Made by a program: the position numbers and the translations under genes. A DNA stretch of 64,000 bases from a virus (taxonomy: Duplodnaviria; Caudoviricetes). A model generated the notes under the pieces. It saw only the letters and a list, made by a program, of their open reading frames with translations, was not told the DNA's origin and made no database searches. Of this stretch, positions 38,093 to 47,850 are shown one piece after another (position 1 is the stretch's first letter; every line of letters starts with the position of its first letter). Location of the stretch: positions 1 to 64,000 of the IMG/VR virus record IMGVR_UViG_3300033075_001437. The stretch is one strand, 5' to 3'.

Positions 38093-38644
38093 TTAAATTT
38101 TAAAATATAATGGCGAATTTGTTACACCATCTAATTTAAATGATGATGGTTTTAAGATAACGCCATTTATATATTCACTAAAATTTTTAAGTTTTTCGTC
38201 AGTGATTTGTTCTACAGATATAACTCTAAAATAATCAACACACTTTCCAAAAACATCCTTAATCATACCAGGACTACAAAATTTATTTTCTGATAATTTG
38301 ACATCTACTAAAATGAATTTGTTTTCTTCATTTATAGAAAAATAGAAAACAGCGTCAAATAATCTTATCGTAACTATAAGATCTAACAAAGCATTATATG
38401 TCTTTGACCTTAAAAAAGATTCTATAATTTTATATTGTTTGCTGTCTGATGGATCTAAACTATTACCATCAAAATCATAAAACTGGTGTTTTATCTCTTC
38501 TTCTATTGATATATGAACAGCTAACCCACTAGTATTGTATGGTTCTATGACATAATATATATTACCTATTATCAAATCTTCGTTTTTGCTCAAAAATGAC
38601 GGATATTTAAATGTACCATATGATCGTGTTTTTAACTGAGTCAT
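38093..38644 (-). CDS. Degenerate ATP-dependent ligase (nucleotidyltransferase)-fold protein
   Basis: FKYPS, YVIEPYNTSG (motif I without Lys), FILVDV (IIIa), NGVILKP (IV without Glu). Confidence 0.45.
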   Translation of the reverse strand: MTQLKTRSYGTFKYPSFLSKNEDLIIGNIYYVIEPYNTSGLAVHISIEEEIKHQFYDFDGNSLDPSDSKQYKIIESFLRSKTYNALLDLIVTIRLFDAVFYFSINEENKFILVDVKLSENKFCSPGMIKDVFGKCVDYFRVISVEQITDEKLKNFSEYINGVILKPSSFKLDGVTNSPLYFKI

Positions 38645-38924
38645 GTTTTTGTATAGCCCAATTTCCTTGGTGAGAATTTCTGATTGTGTCTAATTTTATT
38701 TTATACGTTTCTCTTTTTTGTTCTTCATCAGTCATTGTAAACAATAAAAAAGGAACTCCAGAAAAAATGATATCGACAACTTTCTCATCATTATTGATTA
38801 TAAACCCGTGCCACGTTGAAAACCACCTACTCCATACAACATAATCGCCATATGTTGGATAATATTCAACCAACGGTTTATACTGACATAATGGCGGAGG
38901 TTCTACTACTGTTGCTATTGGCAT
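38607..38924 (-). CDS. Hypothetical protein
   Basis: 105-aa ORF in coupled run. Confidence 0.65.
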   Translation of the reverse strand: MPIATVVEPPPLCQYKPLVEYYPTYGDYVVWSRWFSTWHGFIINNDEKVVDIIFSGVPFLLFTMTDEEQKRETYKIKLDTIRNSHQGNWAIQKHDSVKNTIIWYI

Positions 38925-39334
38925 ATCAACTCATGTGTGTAAATGTTATACTTATAAATCTTGTTGTTTAAATTCCAACAAATTAATAACCCATCTCTAT
39001 ATCCGCCAAACCAACTTTCTATCAATTTATCAACCCATATACGTGATTTTATCGAATTAAGCATTTTTATGGGTTGAACAGTCTTGCCATTTATTTCAAC
39101 TGGCGAATAAGCAACATTTTCTGTTCTATTCTTAATTATATCAAGACCATCAATTATAATATCTCTAGGTGTTTTACTACTAATATTAGCTTCTACCAAA
39201 TGCCTATGACTGCCATTTTCATCGGATATATCAAAGATATTTGATATTTTATGGCTAATCGACCCTTTATTATTAGGACAAAAATCTTTGATAGTGTTTT
39301 TAATATCGTCAACATTATTAACCATTTTGTTCAT
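38915..39334 (-). CDS. Hypothetical protein
   Basis: 139-aa ORF in coupled run. Confidence 0.65.
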   Translation of the reverse strand: MNKMVNNVDDIKNTIKDFCPNNKGSISHKISNIFDISDENGSHRHLVEANISSKTPRDIIIDGLDIIKNRTENVAYSPVEINGKTVQPIKMLNSIKSRIWVDKLIESWFGGYRDGLLICWNLNNKIYKYNIYTHELICQ

Positions 39335-39815
39335 TGTTATTCCTAATTACGAGAGTCACATTATGATCAACACTATATACTCTGCCTTTTTCTATTATTT
39401 TATAAACTATATGCCAAAAATTAGACAAACCCATTATAACAAATACCAGTATAAAATTATGATCTGTTTTCATAAAGCATTGTATGAATAATAATGATAC
39501 CCAAAAACTCATACAAAATCCACATGTAAACAATTTGTGAACAGATTGAGATATATAGCAAAGTAAATTATATGAAAAATCGTTATTCAGCAAACGATAT
39601 AAACATAATGAGCAGCATTTAGAACAAAATGCTCTTTTAATAATTTTAATCGTTTTACTTTTAGATCGTCCCAATGACATATCTATTTGCATATCATATA
39701 ACCAACCTCTTATAGGATTTGTTATATATGAATCAACTATTACTTCTGTCACTCTTTCTACAGCCAACGTAATTAATACTATACTAAGCACTTCGTTTAT
39801 ATTGATATCTATCAT
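39318..39815 (-). CDS. Membrane protein, DUF1360-like
   Basis: LAVERVTEVIVDSYITNPIR and LFTCGFCMSFW motifs, hydrophobic helices. Confidence 0.65.
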   Translation of the reverse strand: MIDININEVLSIVLITLAVERVTEVIVDSYITNPIRGWLYDMQIDMSLGRSKSKTIKIIKRAFCSKCCSLCLYRLLNNDFSYNLLCYISQSVHKLFTCGFCMSFWVSLLFIQCFMKTDHNFILVFVIMGLSNFWHIVYKIIEKGRVYSVDHNVTLVIRNNNEQNG

Positions 39816-40051
39816 CTAACCACTTTTCTACAAGTCGAGTTTGTGCATTGTGCGCGTTCTTTTCCAGCTATAATTACGCTCATAAGCGAATGGTTGCATT
39901 CTTTACATTTTTCTGTCGGTATAACAGATTGCTTTGATATAACACTAGATTTACTAAGTTTTATAACTAATGGGGCGGACGGTTTAATAGGACTACTAGA
40001 CTTTGTATAAGTTACTCTAATTGGCCCTGATGGTTGTCCTGTGCAGCACAT
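39812..40051 (-). CDS. Small Cys-rich zinc-ribbon protein
   Basis: MCC start; CKEC and CTNSTC. Confidence 0.6.
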   Translation of the reverse strand: MCCTGQPSGPIRVTYTKSSSPIKPSAPLVIKLSKSSVISKQSVIPTEKCKECNHSLMSVIIAGKERAQCTNSTCRKVVR

Positions 40052-40644
40052 TTTTCACCTACTAATATGTGATTTATATTTATATTTTTACTGAAATCTT
40101 CAAATGAACAAAAAATTACAGGATCAAGGTTTATTTCAACCATTTTTGGTTTTTTGCCATGTGATACATCACATGATATTGGATTTATATATTTATAATG
40201 GTCATATAATATATGTGGGAAATTTAATTCTATTTGTTTGTCTATAAAGAAATTGTAGCTAATCGCTGTCCAATCTGTATTAGCTTGCGGTCTAAAGAAA
40301 ACAGTTGGATATATGACACGTTTTTTAATTTTAGATAACAACGTTGCGTCATACGATGATTGGTGATAAAATTTCGTAAACAATGCTTTATTTGGTGTTT
40401 TAAATAAAGCGTTAATGCTAAAACCCATTTGGGTTTTAACCTCTATAGTGCAATTTATATCAAATCCTACTGGTATTACATCGCTTGTTGAATCGATATC
40501 TATCGTTTGTACGTCTCTTCCTTCTATTCTTCTTCTTCTAAATTGCATCCCGGACCATTCAGTTAGCAATTTAGCTATCTTTCTTTCGTATGCTTTTCCT
40601 CTTTGTACATTAGATTTCCCAATTTGGCTTGCAGTTTTTGCCAT
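40012..40644 (-). CDS. Holliday junction resolvase (Hjc-like PD-(D/E)XK)
   Basis: RGKAYERKIAKLL, SDVI, IEVK. Confidence 0.75.
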   Translation of the reverse strand: MAKTASQIGKSNVQRGKAYERKIAKLLTEWSGMQFRRRRIEGRDVQTIDIDSTSDVIPVGFDINCTIEVKTQMGFSINALFKTPNKALFTKFYHQSSYDATLLSKIKKRVIYPTVFFRPQANTDWTAISYNFFIDKQIELNFPHILYDHYKYINPISCDVSHGKKPKMVEINLDPVIFCSFEDFSKNININHILVGEKCAAQDNHQGQLE

Positions 40645-40648
40645 TTTA

Positions 40649-40906
40649 TTATGTATGATATGTGATAATCATTGTGTTATCAATATGATGCACAATGTAG
40701 TTATCACTAGCTTCAGCTAATATGTACTCTTTAATAGTGGGATAACCTGAAGAATTTGGAACATCATCTGTCGGCAATACTCTTACTTGAGAGCTAGATG
40801 TTAAAACGCTTTTTATTGATGTGGCACTGCTATTCTTATTTATAATAGAGCCATCTTTAGTGCTGACAGTTTGAATCGTCAAGTAAACAACATGTGCTTG
40901 TGCCAT
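40649..40906 (-). CDS. Hypothetical protein
   Basis: 85-aa ORF. Confidence 0.6.
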   Translation of the reverse strand: MAQAHVVYLTIQTVSTKDGSIINKNSSATSIKSVLTSSSQVRVLPTDDVPNSSGYPTIKEYILAEASDNYIVHHIDNTMIITYHT

Positions 40907-40908
40907 TT

Positions 40909-41736
40909 TTATCTCAAATTCTTAAAAGGGTATACTACATCATGATATATACTTAATACCGAATGCAAACAATTACTTCTAAGTTTATCTTTGATGATTT
41001 GGTCATCATATTTAGTTTTTGTAGCCATAATCCTATGTGCATATAACCTATTTTCATTAACTTTTGGACACATCGATAAATCTATCAATATAAAATTCAT
41101 ATCAAAAATTTTTCTTCCTTTAATATCAAAAAATTCTTGCATAGAATGTATATCGTTAGCCATAGCTGTGCCTTTAACAGGACCAATACCAAAGTAACCA
41201 TCTATAACATCTGTTTTATCACCAACCAATGCTTTCAAAACAGTAGGGCTATGTTTAGGTGGTTCAATATATTTCTTATCACTCGGATTGTATAATTTGC
41301 AATGCTTATAATAAAATGGCAATTGTATCATATCGCTATCAGTAGACACGACCGTTATTTCGTCTGGTGTCGTGTTCATAACTAAAGCGTATATTAAATC
41401 ATCCGCTTCCATTGTATCAATATAATATTGTCTTACATTCATATCGCTCAATATATCTGTTAGAACCGCTGATGTATGTTTTAAATCGTCTGTAATATCA
41501 ACAGTATACGCAGTATCTCTATCTTTATATGTAGGCAATATTTTCCTACGCCATACATTAGTTCTTGGCGCGTCCCAGCACACATGAACATGTGTTGGTC
41601 TTATAATATTCATAAATGTTGTTAATTGCTTTAAAAATATTTCTACATAATTTGATTTACCTGTTATTTTAGCAGAATATATGCATTTATACAATAAATT
41701 TCTAGAATCTACCGCCATGTGTACATTTGGTTGCAT
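40909..41736 (-). CDS. rnh: 5'-3' exonuclease / flap endonuclease (T4 RNase H-like)
   Basis: VDSRN, CWD, WRR..PTYK, EADDLI, STDSDMIQL, LVGDKTDVIDGYFGIGP. Confidence 0.9.
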   Translation of the reverse strand: MQPNVHMAVDSRNLLYKCIYSAKITGKSNYVEIFLKQLTTFMNIIRPTHVHVCWDAPRTNVWRRKILPTYKDRDTAYTVDITDDLKHTSAVLTDILSDMNVRQYYIDTMEADDLIYALVMNTTPDEITVVSTDSDMIQLPFYYKHCKLYNPSDKKYIEPPKHSPTVLKALVGDKTDVIDGYFGIGPVKGTAMANDIHSMQEFFDIKGRKIFDMNFILIDLSMCPKVNENRLYAHRIMATKTKYDDQIIKDKLRSNCLHSVLSIYHDVVYPFKNLR

Positions 41737-41743
41737 AAAACAA

Positions 41744-41771
41744 ACGCCGCATAATTATTATTATGCGGCGT
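41744..41771 (-). terminator. Intrinsic terminator after the SSB gene
   Basis: ACGCCGCATAAT/4-nt loop/ATTATGCGGCGT then TTGTTTT on minus strand. Confidence 0.8.
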
Positions 41772-41812
41772 CAATAGTGTTAAGATGAATGTTTTGAACT
41801 AAAATATTCTGA

Positions 41813-42742
41813 CTAGCTGTTGAAACCTTCCAACATTCTAGAGATTTCATCTATATCAGGGTCTGGCACTTTAGCTTTAGGCTTATCTGACGTTTCAGTT
41901 TTAGATTCAACCTTAACTTCAGATTTAACCTCGGCTTTCGCAGGAGCAGATGCCTTAGTTTCGTCCATGTTAAAACCAGAACCATCATCGCCATTTAAAA
42001 TAGACGAAGCTAACTTTGCAACAGCGTCTGGTTTTGGCACTGTAATCTTAGAAAAGATGTCAATTCTAGCTTCCAAAATTTTAACAATATCATCAGGTGT
42101 GCCAATTGGAACAGGCTTACCACCATTATGTATAAACTTTGAAGATTTATAGCTATTCGACTTACCTTGCTTTTCCGCTTCAAGCTGAAACATAAAAGCA
42201 GCGTTTTCGTCATAAAACACACCATATGCTTGCGGATCATCCGCAAGCCCACAATCTGTGCGCAGAATAGCAGCAATCCACTTATCACAACAGGTTTTAG
42301 ATCCCTTGTAATATTTAACAGTTCCACGTAGTTCTTCTGGATTAACTGAAATATTAGGAAAATAGATGTTAACAGTATAAAACGTCGTTGGCATCCACGC
42401 TTTAACTATAGCACGTCTCTTATCTTCATCTTTCTCAGTTTTCAACATGTCAAAACCAATTTGACATAATTCACACTTTTCATTATTCCATGTTCTAGGG
42501 CATGGGTGTGGTCGATTCTGTACCCAGTGATCACCGTGCTGAACATAAAAATTTTCCATCGATTGTTCAGCTATACCAGACTTTATTTTATCGCCTTTTT
42601 TAATTGGCGGCAGTACAAAAAATCGATATTTCAACGATTCATTGTTTTCTGCTTTTGCTGGTTTAAACTCGTCAGAGTCATTATACTTGCCACTAACTTG
42701 TTGTTTCAGTCTGTTTCGAATTGCATCTACATCGTAAGCCAT
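41813..42742 (-). CDS. Single-stranded DNA-binding protein, gp32-like
   Basis: RFFVLPP, H...CPRT...CELC zinc site, SYKSSKF, acidic tail. Confidence 0.8.
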   Translation of the reverse strand: MAYDVDAIRNRLKQQVSGKYNDSDEFKPAKAENNESLKYRFFVLPPIKKGDKIKSGIAEQSMENFYVQHGDHWVQNRPHPCPRTWNNEKCELCQIGFDMLKTEKDEDKRRAIVKAWMPTTFYTVNIYFPNISVNPEELRGTVKYYKGSKTCCDKWIAAILRTDCGLADDPQAYGVFYDENAAFMFQLEAEKQGKSNSYKSSKFIHNGGKPVPIGTPDDIVKILEARIDIFSKITVPKPDAVAKLASSILNGDDGSGFNMDETKASAPAKAEVKSEVKVESKTETSDKPKAKVPDPDIDEISRMLEGFNS

Positions 42743-42750
42743 TTTTGCAC

Positions 42751-43275
42751 CTATGTTGTTTTATCGTTTTCTTGCCTTTTAAAGCCAGCTAGTGATCTTG
42801 CTAAATCAGCTTTAATTCTGATTGCTTCGACCATATGATACAGCTTACCAGCTACCATTTGGTATTTGTTAAAAGCTAAATCATTTTTAACCAATTGTTG
42901 ATCTGCCTCAACAATATTCTTAACTTGATCGACAGATAATTTTACATTTTTGTTCGCAGCCTCCTCTTGGACAATTTTAGTAGCTTCACCACGTCTAATT
43001 TTAAGCTGTCTTTCGGCAGCAGTAACCATGAATTTAACTTCAGAATAAACCGCAGCCCAAAAAGCATATTGAGCTGGTATACTCTCCATTTGCGTTTCTA
43101 ATATTTCATAATCAAGATCAAGATCAGGCAACATACTAACATCTATAGATTGGCTTTTGCCGTTTTCATCTTTAGATGGTAATGTAATATTAAATTTAAA
43201 TAATGTTGAACCAGCTAATTCTGGCGGAATATTTTCGTCAACCCAAGAAGGTCGATTTTTATCACTATCACTCAT
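42751..43275 (-). CDS. uvsY: Recombination mediator UvsY-like
   Basis: DLDLDYEILE...IPAQYAFWAAVY, helical; position next to SSB. Confidence 0.65.
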   Translation of the reverse strand: MSDSDKNRPSWVDENIPPELAGSTLFKFNITLPSKDENGKSQSIDVSMLPDLDLDYEILETQMESIPAQYAFWAAVYSEVKFMVTAAERQLKIRRGEATKIVQEEAANKNVKLSVDQVKNIVEADQQLVKNDLAFNKYQMVAGKLYHMVEAIRIKADLARSLAGFKRQENDKTT

Positions 43276-44474
43276 ATTTTTATTACATCAGTCAGATTTG
43301 CAACTATTTCAGCTTTGTTTACTTTATGTACTTCACAAAGCTCCCACTCTCTCCATTTTTCACCAATACTTACTTTTAACGGGAAAAAAACATCAAATTT
43401 ATCAAAAGGCTTAGACATAATGCTGACTACATTATTGATAATATATCTAATCAAAGTAATATCTTTAGGAACAGATAATATTATAGAGTCATGGATATCG
43501 CCTATAATATATTCCGGAAATAATTTAAAAACTTTATAAATCACATTGTGCATAGCGTGTGCTACAGACCCTTGCATGGATGCATTAAAAATAGATAATT
43601 TAGAATCAGATCTATACACTTTGCCAAGTATTGATTTAAAATAGTTATTAGAAGCTATAAAATCATTAGAATTATTGACCCATTTGTATAAATCACTATA
43701 AACATCAATTATTGGCTCATATTCAACAGACATCGAATTAATAGACATCAATAAAAATTTCTTGCATTCATCTCTCATAATGTTTCCGTCGCTATTACTA
43801 TTTATAATATCGGCTAAATATTGATATGGATCTGACACTTCAAACGATTTATGCAGATTACTATCATTTGATAATATAGATGCTATACGAATATCGGCAC
43901 ATATCCAATCAAAATGCAATAGTAACCCGTTCTCTGTTTTAACATTTGATATTTTAGCTTTATCAGTAAAACCTTGAATATTAAAACCACAAGATTTAGA
44001 CCTACCAGTGAATGTTTCTAACGACCAATTAGGATAAACTAAATCATAATTGTACATTAAGCCATTTTTATTTAAATAATTATAAGCAAATGAAGCATTA
44101 GCTTTTAATTTGTTATATTCAGTTAATTCAACATTATCGAGTTTATCAAGAAATAAGTTTATAACTTTTATGTAATCGTCAAAAGACCCGTATTGTTTAT
44201 CTAATCTTAGACTAATATCATAAAAATTTCCTTCGGCATCAACAATGTCAAACGCATTTATAAATTTTATAATATCATTGCATATAATATCTATCTTGCC
44301 AAAAAACTTTGATACTAACTCCTTAATAGAATTAAAATCATTTATAACATCAATAAGTTTTCTATTGTTACCTTTACGATATAAATCTTTAAATATTCTT
44401 TTACCATTTACAGATATACCTATAACTGCTACACTTTCATTTTCATATACAACAAAAATAGACGCTCTTAACAT
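43272..44474 (-). CDS. Minimal divergent family-A DNA polymerase domain (400 aa)
   Basis: TFTGRS, HFDWICADIRIASILSND (motif A), RDECKK (motif B), FNASMQGS, IHDSII (motif C). Confidence 0.8.
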   Translation of the reverse strand: MLRASIFVVYENESVAVIGISVNGKRIFKDLYRKGNNRKLIDVINDFNSIKELVSKFFGKIDIICNDIIKFINAFDIVDAEGNFYDISLRLDKQYGSFDDYIKVINLFLDKLDNVELTEYNKLKANASFAYNYLNKNGLMYNYDLVYPNWSLETFTGRSKSCGFNIQGFTDKAKISNVKTENGLLLHFDWICADIRIASILSNDSNLHKSFEVSDPYQYLADIINSNSDGNIMRDECKKFLLMSINSMSVEYEPIIDVYSDLYKWVNNSNDFIASNNYFKSILGKVYRSDSKLSIFNASMQGSVAHAMHNVIYKVFKLFPEYIIGDIHDSIILSVPKDITLIRYIINNVVSIMSKPFDKFDVFFPLKVSIGEKWREWELCEVHKVNKAEIVANLTDVIKI

Positions 44475-44514
44475 ATATTACGATACATAAAACAATGACA
44501 ATTTAAAATTAACA

Positions 44515-46098
44515 TTATAAATATTGTTTCGGAATCCTAAACCTCTTATCTATTAATTCATTGCCACTCATGTGGCCGTTTGGAAACATTATCGTAGTTT
44601 GATAATTCAAATCAACCATGAATTGTAGTCTTTTTCTGGAATGTTCATATAAATATTTATTACATCTATAATAAAAATCAAATACCCTGCTCATGCCTGA
44701 TTCATTAACACGTAATGCACGTCCGACCTTTTGCAAAAATTCCGATCTTAATTTACCGCCAGTTGTTATTATCAAATTGTCACAGCCGCCCTTTAAATCC
44801 AACCCTCTATTTATTATTTTTCCACCTATTAAAACGTCTAATTCTTTTCTTTCAAAAGCTCTTAAAGCTAAATCTCTATTCTTTTTAGATGTTTTGCCAT
44901 GTATAAAATCGCATCTGATATTATTTTCAGCAAGAATTTTGTTTAGTGATTCTCCAAGATTGTCTCTATCAACTATTATCAAAGAATTGTTATTTGTTTT
45001 AACGAAACTCGAACACATATTTTTAATAAGCGTATGAAAATTATTGTTATTAACTATCCAATCATTTATTGCTATATCATATGCAGAACAATCTTTAATA
45101 GACCCGCTCATGCCAAAAGCTATCATGATATAATGGCACGGTATAATTCTGCCAAGATTTTGAACAGTCTCAAGATTTTCTTGAAAGACTATAGAACCAA
45201 GATGTTCTTGAACAGTTAAAGCTTCAACTGGCTTATCTTCATCTATCGGAGTAGCTGAAAAACCAAAACGCTTACGCCCAGTAAACCACTTCTTAAAAAT
45301 ATCCTTCCAAACACCGCTGACAGATCTATCACATTCATCGGCAATTATCATTTCAGCATTTAAAATATATTCACGTAATTTCTTAGCATTTAACAATCTA
45401 GTTTTATATGCTTTAATCTTAGTCCTATATTTATTCTCAGCTTTAATAAATTCTTCTTCATTCTTAAATTCGCTCAATTTCGGAGCAGATGGTAATTTGT
45501 TTGGCAGCATTAATGATTGCGCCGAACCGACAACTATAAGTTGACCGTTAGGACGCTTGCCAGCATAAAACACACCAACATCATCGACAACATCACGTAG
45601 TTCAAGCCTTGCCTTTATTTGATCCACTATAACTTTCATATCAGCTAATATAACTGTAGGGCATTTTATTGCCTTGCATAAACCAGATATGATTTCTGTC
45701 TTGCCACTTCCAGTAGGCAATTGATAAATGCCACAATCAATAGAAAGACTTTTTTTAATAGCATTTATCTGATATTCTTCCAACTTAATACCTGGGAGAT
45801 AATCAGAAGTTATTTCACTTTGGTCAGCAATTTTATGCTCAAATTGTTGCCTCTCATCAATCACAACAAGAGGTAAATTAAATTTTTCGCACACCTGCCT
45901 CAAATATGCAAGCAATGGTCTAGCTATTCTTTTTCTCAATCTGTTATATTTTCGATGTATACCATCCCATTTAACTTGCATTGGGTCAATATATTTATTA
46001 TCTTTAGAAACGCTAAAATTATTCCAAATTATATCTTCTTCGTATGTAGTTATATTGTTTAAATAAATCCAAACATTATCTCTAATTATAGCATCCAT
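44515..46098 (-). CDS. uvsW: SF2 DNA helicase, UvsW-like
   Basis: LPTGSGKT, DECD, FSATP, RGLD, QKVGRALR; likely start ATG 46098. Confidence 0.88.
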   Translation of the reverse strand: MDAIIRDNVWIYLNNITTYEEDIIWNNFSVSKDNKYIDPMQVKWDGIHRKYNRLRKRIARPLLAYLRQVCEKFNLPLVVIDERQQFEHKIADQSEITSDYLPGIKLEEYQINAIKKSLSIDCGIYQLPTGSGKTEIISGLCKAIKCPTVILADMKVIVDQIKARLELRDVVDDVGVFYAGKRPNGQLIVVGSAQSLMLPNKLPSAPKLSEFKNEEEFIKAENKYRTKIKAYKTRLLNAKKLREYILNAEMIIADECDRSVSGVWKDIFKKWFTGRKRFGFSATPIDEDKPVEALTVQEHLGSIVFQENLETVQNLGRIIPCHYIMIAFGMSGSIKDCSAYDIAINDWIVNNNNFHTLIKNMCSSFVKTNNNSLIIVDRDNLGESLNKILAENNIRCDFIHGKTSKKNRDLALRAFERKELDVLIGGKIINRGLDLKGGCDNLIITTGGKLRSEFLQKVGRALRVNESGMSRVFDFYYRCNKYLYEHSRKRLQFMVDLNYQTTIMFPNGHMSGNELIDKRFRIPKQYL

Positions 46099-46106
46099 TT
46101 TTTCTT

Positions 46107-47054
46107 TCAACAATTACTTATCACTAAATTAACAAATCCATCTAAATTATTGTAATACCAAAATTCCTTACCAGCAGTTCTTATAATACGTGACGATATC
46201 GCTTCGCTGTTAACAACTTCAAACCATTTGATATCTTTCTTACAATAATTAGAATTACAATAATTAGATAAACCAGAACTAACACTTATAAACATATCAC
46301 ATTTATTAAACAAACACGCACACTCTCGTAAAGATAAATCTCCTACAAATACTACCTTATTGCCATACCTCTCACTCAACGTCTTAATTTCACCAGTAAA
46401 TTCTCTCTTACTTATAAAGATAGTAGAATTTTCCTTATGCGACAAGAATCTCTCAACAAAAACCATAGTCCAATTACAATCCCATTGTGATTGCCCGCTC
46501 TCACCGTGAACCTCCATAAGAACTTTATAACTATTCTTATTTGGCAAACTATTATAATAATTGTCAATCTTGTCTATTTCACATTGATATGGATTAAGCA
46601 CTAATTCTAAAGGCAATTCATATGGTATATCGTGATCTTCTAAACCTCTTATCCATGAGCACATAAAACTAGTGCCAAGTTCACCATGTTTAATACTAGT
46701 CCAACTATCAGGGCAAAACATTGGATGTTTTGATATCACAAACTTATCTTTTAACTTTTCCAATAATAAAAGTGTCAAATTTAACGCTTCATTTTTACTA
46801 CTTGATTGATATTCTACCAATTTGTCTATATATGGATTGTTATAAAACGCTGAAGCATATAAAGTAGATGTATGAACAACAATATTATTATTTTCATACT
46901 TATTTCTTATAGGTTTAAGCATTAATGTAGATATCATATTGTCACCATAACAACCAGTTTGTATAATATTTATATCACACAATGGTTTTTTATCGGCGAC
47001 TGTAGTTTTAGCTACTATCAAGTTGCTATTCCTAGCTCTAAGTATTTTAGGCAT
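46107..47054 (-). CDS. GT-B glycosyltransferase, GT9 (heptosyltransferase)-like
   Basis: YGDNMIST, FYNNPYIDK, LSLRECACL...DMFISVSSG; likely start ATG 47054. Confidence 0.75.
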   Translation of the reverse strand: MPKILRARNSNLIVAKTTVADKKPLCDINIIQTGCYGDNMISTLMLKPIRNKYENNNIVVHTSTLYASAFYNNPYIDKLVEYQSSSKNEALNLTLLLLEKLKDKFVISKHPMFCPDSWTSIKHGELGTSFMCSWIRGLEDHDIPYELPLELVLNPYQCEIDKIDNYYNSLPNKNSYKVLMEVHGESGQSQWDCNWTMVFVERFLSHKENSTIFISKREFTGEIKTLSERYGNKVVFVGDLSLRECACLFNKCDMFISVSSGLSNYCNSNYCKKDIKWFEVVNSEAISSRIIRTAGKEFWYYNNLDGFVNLVISNC

Positions 47055-47058
47055 CTTT

Positions 47059-47850
47059 TTAACTAAAAGTTTTTTGTAATTCGTCATTATTGTGAACCCA
47101 AACTAAATTGTTGTGCCACTTCAATGCATTTATTCTATATTCATACTTATAATAAGTATCGACCCACATGGCTATTATCATTCTTGGTTGATACTCATGC
47201 CGTAACGCTAATGATGCACAAAAGAAACCAGAGCCGACAGAATAAAATTTATCAGCTAACCTCATCAACATTATAACTTCACGTCTAGTATATTTTGATA
47301 AATCAACAGTTCCATTAGGAGCTTTACTATGACTTAACCACAATATCCTATGCGTATTTTTATAATTATTTATAATAGATTCTATGTGTTCACTTTTAGT
47401 CCAACTTTGCAATGAGTTATAAACAGATTCTATAGCTATCGTAGGAGCATCGTTAAAATCTCTATATACATCTAATTCATTTTTAGATGGTATAAATATA
47501 GGGCGCTGATCAAAATCGTTTAAACCTAATTCTCTACCAACATATAATGGTGTATCTATTAGCGAATGATCAGCATATTTGTCGTTATATTCAACAAACT
47601 TTATATTTTGTGTTATTTGATGGTAAACATCATATCCAAGTTGCGTAGCTTTTGTAGATCCATCATTTAAATTGTCTATAATTACAATCTTGTTTATAAA
47701 TTCTATATTTTGTAATGCATCAGCATACTGCTTTCTAATAGCTACGTCAACTTTAATTCCATAATGTGAACTTATAGATTTTATTAATGGCAAATTAAAT
47801 AATATATCGCCAAATGAATGCGCTGATTCTACCAATATTTTTTTAGGCAT
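47059..47850 (-). CDS. GT-B glycosyltransferase, GT9-like
   Basis: FGDILFNLPLIK, DLSKYTRREV...ADKFYSVGSG. Confidence 0.75.
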   Translation of the reverse strand: MPKKILVESAHSFGDILFNLPLIKSISSHYGIKVDVAIRKQYADALQNIEFINKIVIIDNLNDGSTKATQLGYDVYHQITQNIKFVEYNDKYADHSLIDTPLYVGRELGLNDFDQRPIFIPSKNELDVYRDFNDAPTIAIESVYNSLQSWTKSEHIESIINNYKNTHRILWLSHSKAPNGTVDLSKYTRREVIMLMRLADKFYSVGSGFFCASLALRHEYQPRMIIAMWVDTYYKYEYRINALKWHNNLVWVHNNDELQKTFS

